Below, piece by piece: positions 39,813 through 51,100 of a DNA stretch of 64,000 bases (position 1 is its first letter; every line of letters starts with the position of its first letter). The position numbers were made by a program, and so were the translations under genes. The DNA comes from Enoplolaimus lenunculus (taxonomy: Eukaryota). The stretch spans positions 62,001 to 126,000 of the forward strand of contig JASANG010001329.1 of the NCBI GenBank assembly GCA_030248215.1, in the 5' to 3' direction. Under the pieces are notes generated by a model. It searched no databases. It was not told where the DNA came from and saw only the letters and a program-made list of their open reading frames with translations.

Positions 39813-41087
39813 CCAATTTTCTGCCATGGCAGTGGTTGTTGTACTTAACAACATCGCTAGGCCTATGTCAGCATGGCGTGAGCGTCCATGCTGTTGTTCT
39901 GCAATGTTGTTGTTAGTGTTGGGTGTCTCGGTTTAGTTTAAGGGCTATACGGACCCCAATTGCGGGTGTACCCCAACGGCGGGTGTCGGTTGATGCATGC
40001 GAAATAGATCGAGACATTTGGGGGGTACCCAGGACCAGATTCCGTATAAGATCAATTCATCTTGAAGTTGCGGTTTAAGATTTTACAGTTGATATTTACT
40101 TTGAAATTTAGAGGGTCTTTTGTAGAATTGCAGTCTGTTTTCGGTTATTAAGTGAAATAATTGGGGCTTTGATATTACCATGGGAAAGTCTGATGTGAAG
40201 GGGACAGGGGCGTATATTGGTTTATTGGATTGCGCATAGAGCAAGAGTGTTGCACAGTACTGAATAGTGGTGTTTTATGTAGTAACTGTTGGAGTATTTT
40301 GGGATTCCGGAGTTCACTGGGAAAACATAGTCTAGTGATTCTAACGAGGTTATTTACTATTCTGCACTGGAATTGGCCATTCTAACGGGGTTAGTTTGGT
40401 CGGAATTAACCGGAGATTTTTGTGTAACTCTAACGGGAATAGAGTGCACGGTTTTTATAAACTTGGGGAAAATTACCCTGGATATTGGTTCTGTGGACTT
40501 GTGGCTGGACTAAAACAGAATATATTCACAGTATTCACTGCGAATTCGGATCAGGCTACAGCAATTAGGACACTTAATTTTGTCGTAATGGTGCTGTGAT
40601 ATTTAACTTGGTGTATGACTGATATTGGGAGGTGTCAGTAAACATTCAAACGGCCGCGTCACTAAATCTGAGCGATAAGCGTAACATCGGGATAGAACTA
40701 AAACTAGGTGCGATTTGGGGTTTCGAAAGAAGCAAATCATCAACTTCTCACAAGCGTCGTGGGCCAAAATTATGTTTTACTCCCCTTACATATCGAAAAC
40801 AAATGTTTAGGCCACGTTTTTAAGCTTGAAATTTTATGGTTTGAAAAAGTTTCGCTGAATCGCTGCATATCGCATCAAAACATAAAAAACCCACACGTTA
40901 AATCATATGAATTACAGAATACTATGATAAATCTTATCGTAAAACAAAAAAAAATGTAACGCTGAAAGTTTCCGTTTTAGGTCAAATTACCGATTCTGTT
41001 TATGCACCGTTCGCACGAAATTTATCGTTGTTTGCTAAAAAGCTATTAGACAAAATTAGTTTGCATAAACGCTAAACTTAGTCCAAA

Positions 41088-41387
41088 CTAGCTGAGAGAT
41101 AACCATAGTTAACTGGGGACAACTATAGTTAACTGATGGGTAACTATACTTAACTGAGAGATAACTAAAGATAACTGTGGGATAATAAAAGTTATCTGAG
41201 GGATAACAGCCGAGGCATAATTATAGTTAAGTGGGGAACAGCTATACTTAACTGAGGGATAGCTATAGTTCATTGAGGGATAACTAAAGTTAAGTAAGGC
41301 GATAACTAAATTTAACTGAGGGATAACAAAAGTTAGATCAGGGATGACTGTTATCTTTTAGTTAACTTTAGTTATCCATCAGTTAAC
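41088..41387. repeat. ~20-bp minisatellite (GATAACTA(T/A)AGTTAACTGAGG-like) whose last ~40 bp are inverted
   Basis: About 13 direct copies to ~41346, followed by reverse-complement units TTATC…AGTTAACTTTAGTTATC. Confidence 0.8.
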
Positions 41388-42187
41388 GGCACTTTTGCTG
41401 CGCAAATCTGGGTAGAAAGACTATTTCACTTGCACCACAAAATAGTTTTGTTTTCTTGTTTTAAAAACTATTTTGTAGTGCCAAAATTTTTCGACAATTT
41501 TGCGTTATGTTTTTTAGGGCTGCTACCCCCCGGCAACCCCTGCGATTTAAAGAGGTGCTAAAAAGGATGGGGCTGCCGCCCCCCATGCCCCTGCACTAAG
41601 CATTTTATTATTGAGAGGTAAAATTACAGAAATAGTTTTGAGCTGTTTTGACGAGTGCGAATTTTATATACGTTTAGGGCAGAAAACGAGACATAAAACA
41701 AACATTACATAAACATAACACCTTTTATCATATTTGACCAAATATTGTCAATACTAGCTTCCTTCTGGAGTCACAGGAACTCCAACGACGGATGGATGCA
41801 AATTGCTGCGAGTTCCGGACAGACGCAAACGATTGCGGATAGGAACTCAATAAACTCTCCGAAATTTTTGCAGAACGTACCCCTACTGTTAAAATACTTG
41901 CTACGCCATGACCGTAGTATTTATGAAAATTCAAAGGAATTAAGGTTCAAAAATACGTTAATCTTATTACTATATAGAACCAGAGGTCTTCATGGGCTCA
42001 TGGGACAAAAAGCGGTCACGTACTGCTCCAAATTATTTCGGTTCGCTTGGGATCGGGACCGGACCGCGCCCGCTGGCCTTGGTTGGTTTCAACCCTGATA
42101 CGTACCTTTAGTACAAGTTACGCGTACAAGCAAATTTTAAGTTATCGAGTACCATACAGAGAGAACTATTCACGAAAGTTCTGTCAC

Positions 42188-42259
42188 GAATACAGTGTGG
42201 ATCGAACAAGCGACGTACGGGTTACCATTCCGCTGCTCTAACCACAGAGCTACACAGCC
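42188..42259 (-). pseudogene. tRNA-like pseudogene or SINE head (Thr-GGT-like loop)
   Basis: The minus strand reads GGCTGTG TA GCTC TGTGGTTA GAGC A GCGGA ATGGTAA CCCGT ACGTC GCTTG TTCGATC CACAC TGTATTC. Spacing is canonical (72 nt) and the D-stem is intact, but the T and acceptor stems are mismatched. Confidence 0.6.
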
Positions 42260-44175
42260 TTGTAAACTTTTCGCCACTGTAGCTCTATATACTGTACGTT
42301 TGGTACTACAAGATACGTATATGAATACGCTCAACCGATTCTTATTTGAAAAATTGGAGCTAAGATTGAAGTTTTATATTATAAACCGCGTATGTTTTAT
42401 CGCAAAGATGTCCCGGAATTAGCAATTTCTAGTTTTAACCTCTCTGTGTTAAAAGGAAAAAATCAGCTGCATATCTATTCTTCAGTGTGCATGTGTTGCA
42501 TAACACATAAACAAACATAACATGTACCCTTTGCTACAAGTTATGCGTAGTTGCAAATAATGAATTGCAACAAGCGCAGCAGTGACACAGTTGCTTGGCG
42601 AGTTGATTTGCGGGGATACTGTGTAAATGCCATTTAGTAGGGTTCGATTCCCGCCTGGGGCTTTGGTTTAGCAAAAAAGCTCTTTTTACACCGTATGGTT
42701 TACATTATGTTTTAATATTCGCTTTTGCTCTCTACTTCACACTGACATTAGACACTTTTTGTGTATTTGCAAAAGTCAACGTTGACGTTTTTGACGAAAT
42801 TTAGGCTGTATAAAAATTTATGCATGAAACATACTCGAAAAATAAACCATTTTTTGACATAAGCGTAGTTTTCGTTTTTAATGTTTGCGTTTAGCTTTAG
42901 TTTTTGGACCGTTCAATTTGTGGTTTATTACAATCATAGCTAAAAGCGCTACTTATTTCTGAATTCTATGTTAGAAACGAATAAAATTTAATGACGGCAC
43001 TGTGGACACGGTCTCGCCCGTCTCCCTGAACATTTTAGGGTCTGCTTGTTTATAGTTCTTTTCAGTACTGGTCAATAAGTGCGCACCTACAGAACTTGAA
43101 CTGGTGGCTGTGAAATATATTCCTTTAGTAGACAGAGAGAAATTTACTTAAACATTGGTAAATAACATATTACATAACATTTCATCCACACACAAACAAG
43201 AATGTCTGAATTTGTTCAGAGAAGTATTTTCAGCGACAAAAATAAGAAGTTTTTCTGATATTTGAGACAGTTTTACTATAAAATAGCCAAAAAACGTTTT
43301 TCTTTAAAACAATGATTTTCAAAGTTTATTTCAAAGCTTTTTTCAAAAATTTTCTGATATAACAGAAACACTTTTCGCGTAATCCTTGGTAATCATATTT
43401 CTTAATAAACCTTTACCTAAACCTAAAGCTTGAACCTTTGCCTAAACCTAAATTTTAATGTCAAATGGGGCAAAGTGTGTGCTCGAATTGCTACATGAAG
43501 TATTATGTTACAACTATTATGCGTCTCAAGTGTCTTTAAAATGTTACAAAACATTTTTCTTAAAATTTAAAGATTACACAACAACATTAATGATAACAAA
43601 TAGTATACAATTGTATCATTCAAATCATTACGGAAACCATTTGATTCAATTATTATTACAAACATACTATAAAATGAGGTTATAACCGATTGGAATGGAA
43701 GACAGAAAATAAAAGTAGCATACACAAAAAACTAATGTCATCGTAGATATTTCATTAGCCTAGATATTCTACACCATGGGTGCATATTTAGCAGGAATAC
43801 TATTTGTGCCGCGACTTATAGATTAGGTCGACTGGAAAGGTTTTATCGAACTGCGTTTTGAAAATTGAAATATTAAGCTGTTACACCTAAACGCCTCGGA
43901 GTTGAGCACACAGTTTTCAGCTGTAATAGTGCCATGGCTCGCTAACTTTCAAGGCGTCACTTGAGAATATGGCAAATCTGCTGTTAAGTCCAAAGTTATC
44001 ATCAGTTCATTCAGTTAATAGTCATGGTAGATTTTCGTACATGAGAACCTGGCTTTTTGGCATCCTTGAAGCGGTTGAACAATTCTAACGCAATGAATAG
44101 TTGCTAAATGTGACAAAAGCTAAACTATTTAGATACTCAAATTGCCTCTTGCAAAACTTTCTTAAAGATGTCATT

Positions 44176-44332
44176 CAGGCACGTAGCCAGCTCACCTTGC
44201 TATGGCTGCCAAAATTTTGACAGTAGGGACTTACAAGGGTTTTCGTTGACTGACAAGCAACGTTGAAAATTTTCTAGAAGGGCCAAACTCCATCCAGGAG
44301 AGTGGGCTGAGCGCCTCTTGGATATGGGCCCG
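44176..44332. mobile_element. MITE family H2
   Basis: CAGGCACGTAGCCAG start; TSD ATGTCATT/ATGTCACT; internal ACAAGCAACGTTGAAAATTTTCTAG is shared with other copies. Confidence 0.75.
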
Positions 44333-45182
44333 ATGTCACTTAGGTATACTGAAACATTTGATAAAAATTTGTCCGTGCCCTCAGAAAATATTACAAACTT
44401 TTCACTGCAAGATAAATTAAATTTTTTCCGATGACATAGACATATGGTTCATTAAGTAATAAAAAATGGAAGCACAAAATTACCCAAAACAATAGGTTGT
44501 CATGAATCCGTAGCCAGGGTACTATCCAAACAGAAATTTTGCTCCCGCCGTAATAAAAGTTTAAGCCGTGCTTGTAACTAATCTCAAATCCGAGCATGCC
44601 TTTTTTTGAAAATTTTGTCGACCAATAGCATATTAAATTGACTATGGTCGGGACTGTACATTACAGCGGCAGATTTATTCAGCAGAGAGGCCTAAGAATA
44701 GAAGGATAGAAAGCTCTTGAGATACTATACCGTATATCATTCTATGCAATTTGTTGCCCTTTAATTAATACGGCTTCATACCGAGATTGGATATCTTTAA
44801 CATTTCTACATTATACATTTAATACATTGATGCTCGATCAGATCAACGAAGGAATATGGTACAACGCAAAAGGCAATGGTGTTCGCTTAAAACTTCGAAT
44901 CGTTAAAGGTTCAAGCTTTTAACGCAAAAACTACGTTTCGAGCTGCGGTTGCGGATATTCTACTGAATTGAATCTGGCTCAACATACTGAATGATATATA
45001 AAATGTTGTATTATTTGACAAAAAAATTTCATTCAGAAATATTTTCGATGTGAAATGATTTGAGGATGTCATTAGACGCTCCAATATGCAAAAGTTTTCC
45101 AAAATATGATAATTTTTCGGACAACTTCGGCTGCTGGGCACTTAACAAAAAAGAGTCGAAAATATGTCAAGCTGAATTTTAA

Positions 45183-45456
45183 ACCCTATTCACACGTGCA
45201 AGTTTTTCGCTACGAGAACTTGCAGCTGCAAATTGCACGCAAAACTTGCATTTTGCCATCAGAAAATGAGAAAGCGTTTGCAATAAATTCAGTGAACTTG
45301 CATGGTTGTTCAAACGTGTGAACTAAATTCCTAGCCATGATTTTTAATGAATTATTTGCAGCTGTAAGTTTTTCGAACTTGTTTTTGGACAGAACTTGCA
45401 AATGCAAGTTGTAGCTGCAAGTTCACGCAGCAAAAACTTACACGTATGACTAGGGC
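45183..45456. mobile_element. MITE with (A/G)CCCTATTCACA TIRs and CTTGCA repeats; partial copy at 34698-34850
   Basis: CCCTATTCACACGTGCAAGTTTTT … AAAAACTTACACGTATGACTAGGGC; TAA/TTA-like flanks. Confidence 0.65.
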
Positions 45457-45685
45457 TTTAGGCAATTATGAATTGAACAGTATAACTGAAAAGACGCAAT
45501 ATGTTTATATAACTGAAAAACAAAATATAGAACAAAATAAAGTTCTGTACACGATGGAAGCACGGATTTTTGATTCGAATTGGGCTCGCAGTTACATTAT
45601 ACATTGCGCAAAACTAGAAATGTCACAACTGCAAGCTGGAAGCATCATATTTATACAGCAAGTAAAAATGAAAAATATTATGATA

Positions 45686-45742
45686 GTAACAACAACAACA
45701 ATAATAATAATAATAATAACAATAATAATGATAATAATACAA
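45686..45742. repeat. (AAC)n(AAT)n microsatellite, non-coding
   Basis: Direct reading. Confidence 0.9.
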
Positions 45743-46104
45743 TAAAACACAAAAACAACATAATGACCAGATTAATATAAACAATCAATTACATGATAAA
45801 TGCAAACGGTTTCCAGCAAAAATATTTTCTATCTAATCTGAGATAAAATTTCAAGCAACGGATCAAATCACGGACAATACGAACTTGAACCTGATATGAT
45901 CACCTGGCAACTTGACGCTCGAGCTGGTTGTAGCTTTCATGTTTTTCGAAGTTTTATACTGTGTATACACGTAAATATTGCTAAAATCTGCTAAATCTGC
46001 CTCGAAATTTTTCAAAAAAGACCAAAAAACAAGCTTAGTCTATAATTAAACATAAAGCAGAGCGAAACAAATATAAATAAAACTGCATATCAACAACACA
46101 ATGC

Positions 46105-46224
46105 ATATCTTGCACTGTTGAATAGAACTGAAGAGCTTGTATTAAACCCGCTGTATGGATCAAAATATCTTGCACTGTTGAATAGAACTGAAGAGCTTGT
46201 ATTAAACCCGCTGTATGGATCAAA
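46105..46224. repeat. Perfect 60-bp tandem duplication
   Basis: ATATCTTGCACTG…GTATGGATCAAA occurs identically at 46105 and 46165. Confidence 0.95.
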
Positions 46225-46443
46225 TTTATTTTAGTTGCATTCAAATATTTCGTAAATTTAACAGCGAACTGACCAATCATCTTGAATGGCTGAGATTAAG
46301 TCGCTGCAATGCGTACACTAACGCTAAAAGCCAAGTAAGGTCGAAGGGGTCGTTGCGTATTTCTATACCTATATATAAACAATTTAGCGCATGTCACTAC
46401 AAATTCGAGGCGCTATATTGCAATTATGCAAGTTGCGCAACTG

Positions 46444-46835
46444 TATATGTCGAAGCCCAAGTTGTAATTTAGCCTAATTCCGAATTGGGCCAGCACAGGG
46501 CGTAATGACGACTTGAGGTAGCCTACGGCGTTATTCTTTTAATGCAACAAGTACACGACTTGTGATTGGTTAGTAGCTCAATGCCATACACAAATACGCT
46601 TGGTTGATGCGAATTGTTTTTTGATTTGCTAAGTAATCGAGACCTATTGGTTACCGAACAGTTTGTTTTACTGACCAAAGCGGAATCAAGCAGGATTGCG
46701 ACTATCAAGTAACCAATTAGAAACACACAGATTTATCTGACATGATTCCGCCTTGGGCTAGCCCAAGCCGTAATTCCGCTTTGGACAAGCCCAATTCGGA
46801 ATTGGGCTGAATTACGACTTGGGCAACGACATATA
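46444..46835. mobile_element. MITE with ~60-bp TIRs
   Basis: TATATGTCGAAGCCCAAGTTGTAATTTAGCCTAATTCCGAATTGGGC versus GCCCAATTCGGAATTGGGCTGAATTACGACTTGGGCAACGACATATA. Confidence 0.75.
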
Positions 46836-47159
46836 CACTTTTATTTCAGGACAAATACGCGGCAGCTGCTAGAAGTCTAAGAAGGGGAAAAATACAAGGC
46901 TGCTAAATTTTCAACGACCCAAGGGCTGAAATAGAGTTAGATAGTTGAATGATAAATCTAAGCCCAAGTATAAAATTGCTACTTTATCAGCCATCAATAA
47001 AGTTGTTGTCAAAATGTAATTTTGAGCAACTTTTTAGACAAATCTTCGGAAATACTAAATTTAAAAACTGCGTGAAAGGCACAACTGAACTTGTTAAACT
47101 AGAAATAATTTTTAAAAAAATTAAGAACCGGGTACCTAGTCGACATCGAAATGCCGAAT

Positions 47160-47354
47160 AAGAGCAGTGTTTAACAATTCTAACATATATGTGCAGTGAA
47201 AAATCACTACAAGACGTGACAGCCCCCTTGAGCTCAAGCGTCAAGCTAGTGAGTGGTCATTGTTAACGCCTGCCGCCCGAAAGACTGGGGATCGAATCTA
47301 ACCTTGAAAGTGCATCTCATATGAAATTCAAAATATTTATGTGAGAAAGGGTTA
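47160..47354 (+). mobile_element. piggyBac-type MITE, partial diverged copy
   Basis: AAATCACTACAAGACGTGA…GCTCAAGCGTCAAGCT…ATGTGAGAAAGGGTTA matches the 3' two-thirds of 27922-28184. Confidence 0.75.
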
Positions 47355-47557
47355 GTTGTGGTATTTCAGATGAAAACTTAAGGAGCTAATCACAACAATG
47401 TAATATATGCGAATACGCTTAAAAATCAACACATTACCCAAAAAGCGACGAAATCATAATGTATCATATGCGTCATATATAAAAACAGACCTGGAACGAC
47501 CACGATACGTAATTTTGCCATATAACTCAATCTACTTCGTGGATATCTTTGTGAAAC

Positions 47558-47563
47558 TTTATT
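47558..47563 (-). promoter_or_regulatory. Candidate polyadenylation signal (AATAAA) of the ZEB gene
   Basis: TTTATT on the + strand about 315 nt past the stop codon. The hexamer is common in AT-rich DNA. Confidence 0.3.
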
Positions 47564-47877
47564 TAACCAGTGAATCTCGAGATGCGAACTTGAAATCAAA
47601 GCTATTCGAGCTTAGTTGTATTGCGAAGTTTTATATATTAAAAACATTTCGTTTTTTGACTGAAATATAAAAATATTTACCGACGATTTTCAAACCCCGC
47701 AAACTTGCCAAGTAGGGCCAAAACATATGTAATGAAATAAACTGGGAGCCAAAACATATGAATAATGGGAGAAAATTTACCAGCAAGGAGACTAAATCCA
47801 TTCATTTTTCATAGATACAAGTACATACATAATGCAATGAAAACATATTAAAAAATGCACCCGCTTCCACCTAAAAT

Positions 47878-48161
47878 TCACTGTGCTCCAGCGTGAACAC
47901 AAGTTCGTTGCTCTTCTGGGCTGTCAGCGGATGCAGTTCCGCCATCACAGCTTGTTGAGTTTCCGTTTCCGGAAGCGTATGGTTTACAATACGAATATCG
48001 ATGATTCATATGTTGCGAGTAGGATCCGGAATGTGAAAATCGTTTAAAACATTTGTCGCATTGAAACGGCTTTTCACCAGAGTGTAACCGTTTGTGTTCC
48101 GTTAGGTGATGCTTGTGTTTAAACGCTTTTTCGCAGTCGCTGCATTTGTACGGACGCTGGC
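47878..48161 (-). CDS. zag-1: ZEB/zag-1 terminal coding exon (last two fingers and stop); not in the ORF track
   Basis: Manual translation gives [65 protein letters not shown]…HAGAQ*. This is the hallmark ZEB C-terminal finger sequence. Confidence 0.96.
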
Positions 48162-51100
48162 CTGGAATAGTATGAGACTAGTCGATATCACGGCACAGCC
48201 TGATCTGATAGTAAGCGATGAAATATGCAAATCAACGCGGGAGACCAGTCCAGCCAAGCCCTGTTTCAGTGCCTTCTTAGCATAGATCAAAAGTAAAGTT
48301 TTGTGTTAAGGGGTAGCATCAAAATGACATTCGGATTCTCGCTTCTTTTGTTTGCAAGTTTTTTTCATTATTTTATGTCAGGCGGCTTCTGTTTTCAAAA
48401 CTTCTCAATCCAGCGCTGTTGGTACGGCATAAGGCAAAGTGCAAAACCCTTTCAAATAACTATCGCGAACGAGCTCTTTGGTCTCTAGTTGGTGAATTTT
48501 AGCGCAAGTAGGAGCGTCAGTTTTTAATAGACCCTTCTAAAATTTATATGGCATGAAACAGATCAACTGCCTTAGACACACCGCTGAAAAAACTGTTTCC
48601 TAATAATATTTGTCAAAAATAAAATGAAATAGCTTCTAATCAACTTTTATCAAATGAAAATTTTGAACTGAAATTCAAATTTTACCATTTTTATATATAA
48701 CGCAATACCTGAATGCTCGTATTTGTGTCGAGCGAGCGAACTCTGTTTACCGAACACTTTATCACACTGATTACACGCGTAAATGCCATCGTCTTCTGTT
48801 TTCGCCATTTTCAACGACCGTTCAAATTGTGCTGAACCTTCAACTGAATGTTCAAACGATCCGGCAGTGTCGGTGGGTGATGTCTGAAACGGTAAACATT
48901 TAGACTAAATGACGTATTCTCAGGGGTGTGTGCCTCATCTATCGACAGTGTTGTAGACAAAGAAATGACTTATGAAGCAAGGTGTCAGCCATTAATAGTT
49001 TTTCAATTTCATCGCTGAAATCAGCAAACTGAAAGCATTGAAATATAGCATAAACTTTCAATAATGGGTCTTTTCACATACTGCGCGCAATTGGCTTCTT
49101 TATGTTGCCAGTTTGAAATGCTAAATAAGCCTAGGAAGATTTTAGAATGTTGTTTAGATTGTGTGAAGATTCGTTTTACTATTTTAATATTAATTTTTTT
49201 ATATAATACTTCGTCTTAAATATTCGCCAGCGAAATGGCTACAGAAATTTTAGATTTCTATTCAATTAAGGTATATCGCCAATTTATGGACTCAGCCATT
49301 GTTTCGTTTTTTACATTTTTTGTTTTGTTATTCAAATATAAATCACGCTTTGATATGTAGCTTTTACTTACTGCTAGCAAACCTTCAACGGAAGTAGAAT
49401 TAAGCGTACAATTGTTTGCTAACAAATCGTTCCAATTTTGAATGCTGTTTGTATTTTGACTAGAGCTGACAGTGCCAAGGCGGAAAACATCCTCGATTGA
49501 GTCGCGTTTCTGAAAAGAATGTGTCAGTATGATAATAATGAAAAAATGACAGTTTATATTAATATGTCATTAAGCAGAACTCTGTTTTTTGTAAAATCCC
49601 TTTTGTGTTTCATTAGTTCGATTTTGTACATCCGATGAATTCGAAAATTTGGCTGTGTTAAACAATGTAATAACATATTAAATTTTGACGTAAAAAGGGT
49701 CTACCAAATTGGATTTTGTGAAATAAAAACGCGTAAAAGTGATAGTTTGCAGTTTGCACCAGAGCTGACATACTTAAACGAATAACGAAGCTAACAACAT
49801 GAAAAAATATCAATTGTTTATTCGTGCACCTAATTGTAAATGTAGCATGCAGCATGGAAACTATGCTGACTTGTTCCATTTTTTGTCACAAATGTATGAT
49901 CGGCGCATGCCAACTGAACTCAAGTTTAAGCTTAGACCTTACCCTAAGCGTAAGTTTAAACATAAGTCTAAGTGCCAATGTTACTTTAAGGGGCCTAACA
50001 GTAGATTAAGCGTATTCCATAGCCTAAGCCTAAGCTTTGCAAAAATGTTTTCCTAAGCCTAAGCCTACGCCTAAGCAAAAAAAATGTAATCTAGAATCAA
50101 AATCTCTCTTTTATCAACCTACCAAAAACCTGGACGCCCCTTAAAGTAACACGGGCCAGTCTAAGCATAAGCCGCTCAATAAGTCCCCCACTCATCATAT
50201 CTCTCGGTGCACAGTCCGCTATAATTTGGGCGATTTTCTACAGGAATTGATGCATTAAAGACTAAACATACCTGACTGACGTCAACAGTTTTCGGAATAG
50301 CGGGCAATATCAACGTGCCATTTTCATGATTGTAGACTTGGTTTGTGAGATTCAAATTTGAAATGTTCCGCTTGCTTACTGTCAGGGGGGTAGCTGAGGC
50401 CGCTTCAGTTGGCGGAACCTCCTCAGCTTCGCCAATTGGAGTTGGATTGTCGGATCTAAGCGATAAATCTAACGGCGTATCCAACCCAAATAAGGTACGG
50501 TCTTCATTTTGATGTTGAACTTGTGTTTGTTGTTGTTCTTCTTCTTCTTCTTCTTCTTCTTCTTCTTCTTGTTGTTCTTGTAGTTGTTGCTGTTGTTGTT
50601 CTTGTTGCTTTTGTTGCCACTGTTGCTTTTGTTGGTGTGTATTGACATGAACTTCACTACGTTTTATCACGTTCAACAGTTGGCCACTTTTCCGTTTCGA
50701 TTGAAGACTAGTATTTAGTTTATCAGATTGGTTGAGTTTAAAAAAGTTTTCTTGGGTTAAATGTTCGCTGTTTACTTGCTCCCGGCAGCTCTCATTCCCA
50801 AACTCAACCGCGCCAGAGGTTTTGGCACAACTGTCAACCATGAACGGAAAACCGGTTATTTTGGCACAATTATTTGATAGAACGCCACCTATGGTTTGTG
50901 GTAAAAACATTTGAAGTCCTGTCTGACATATGTCACCCTCATTATCACCCGGAATTGCAGTCCCTTGACTTGTTTCACGATTCTTATTCGTAAAACCATT
51001 AAGATTGTTAAAACTAGATTTAAATCGATTTGAAATGACATAGCTAGGGTTTTTTGCCGCCGCCGAATATTGTGGCAACGATAATTGTGAATCGGCTAAC

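Noticed and set aside
47000..47877. miR-200/miR-8/miR-236 seed sites (CAGTATT) in the ZEB 3' UTR, and clustered autoregulatory CACCTG boxes
   Set aside because: No AATACTG seen on the + strand in this interval by eye. E-boxes around the gene are isolated and at chance frequency.
50176..50271. C-terminal 31 aa of the 1712-aa ORF as the true ZEB end
   Set aside because: A strong donor at 50271 splices in frame to exons encoding the conserved C-terminal fingers.
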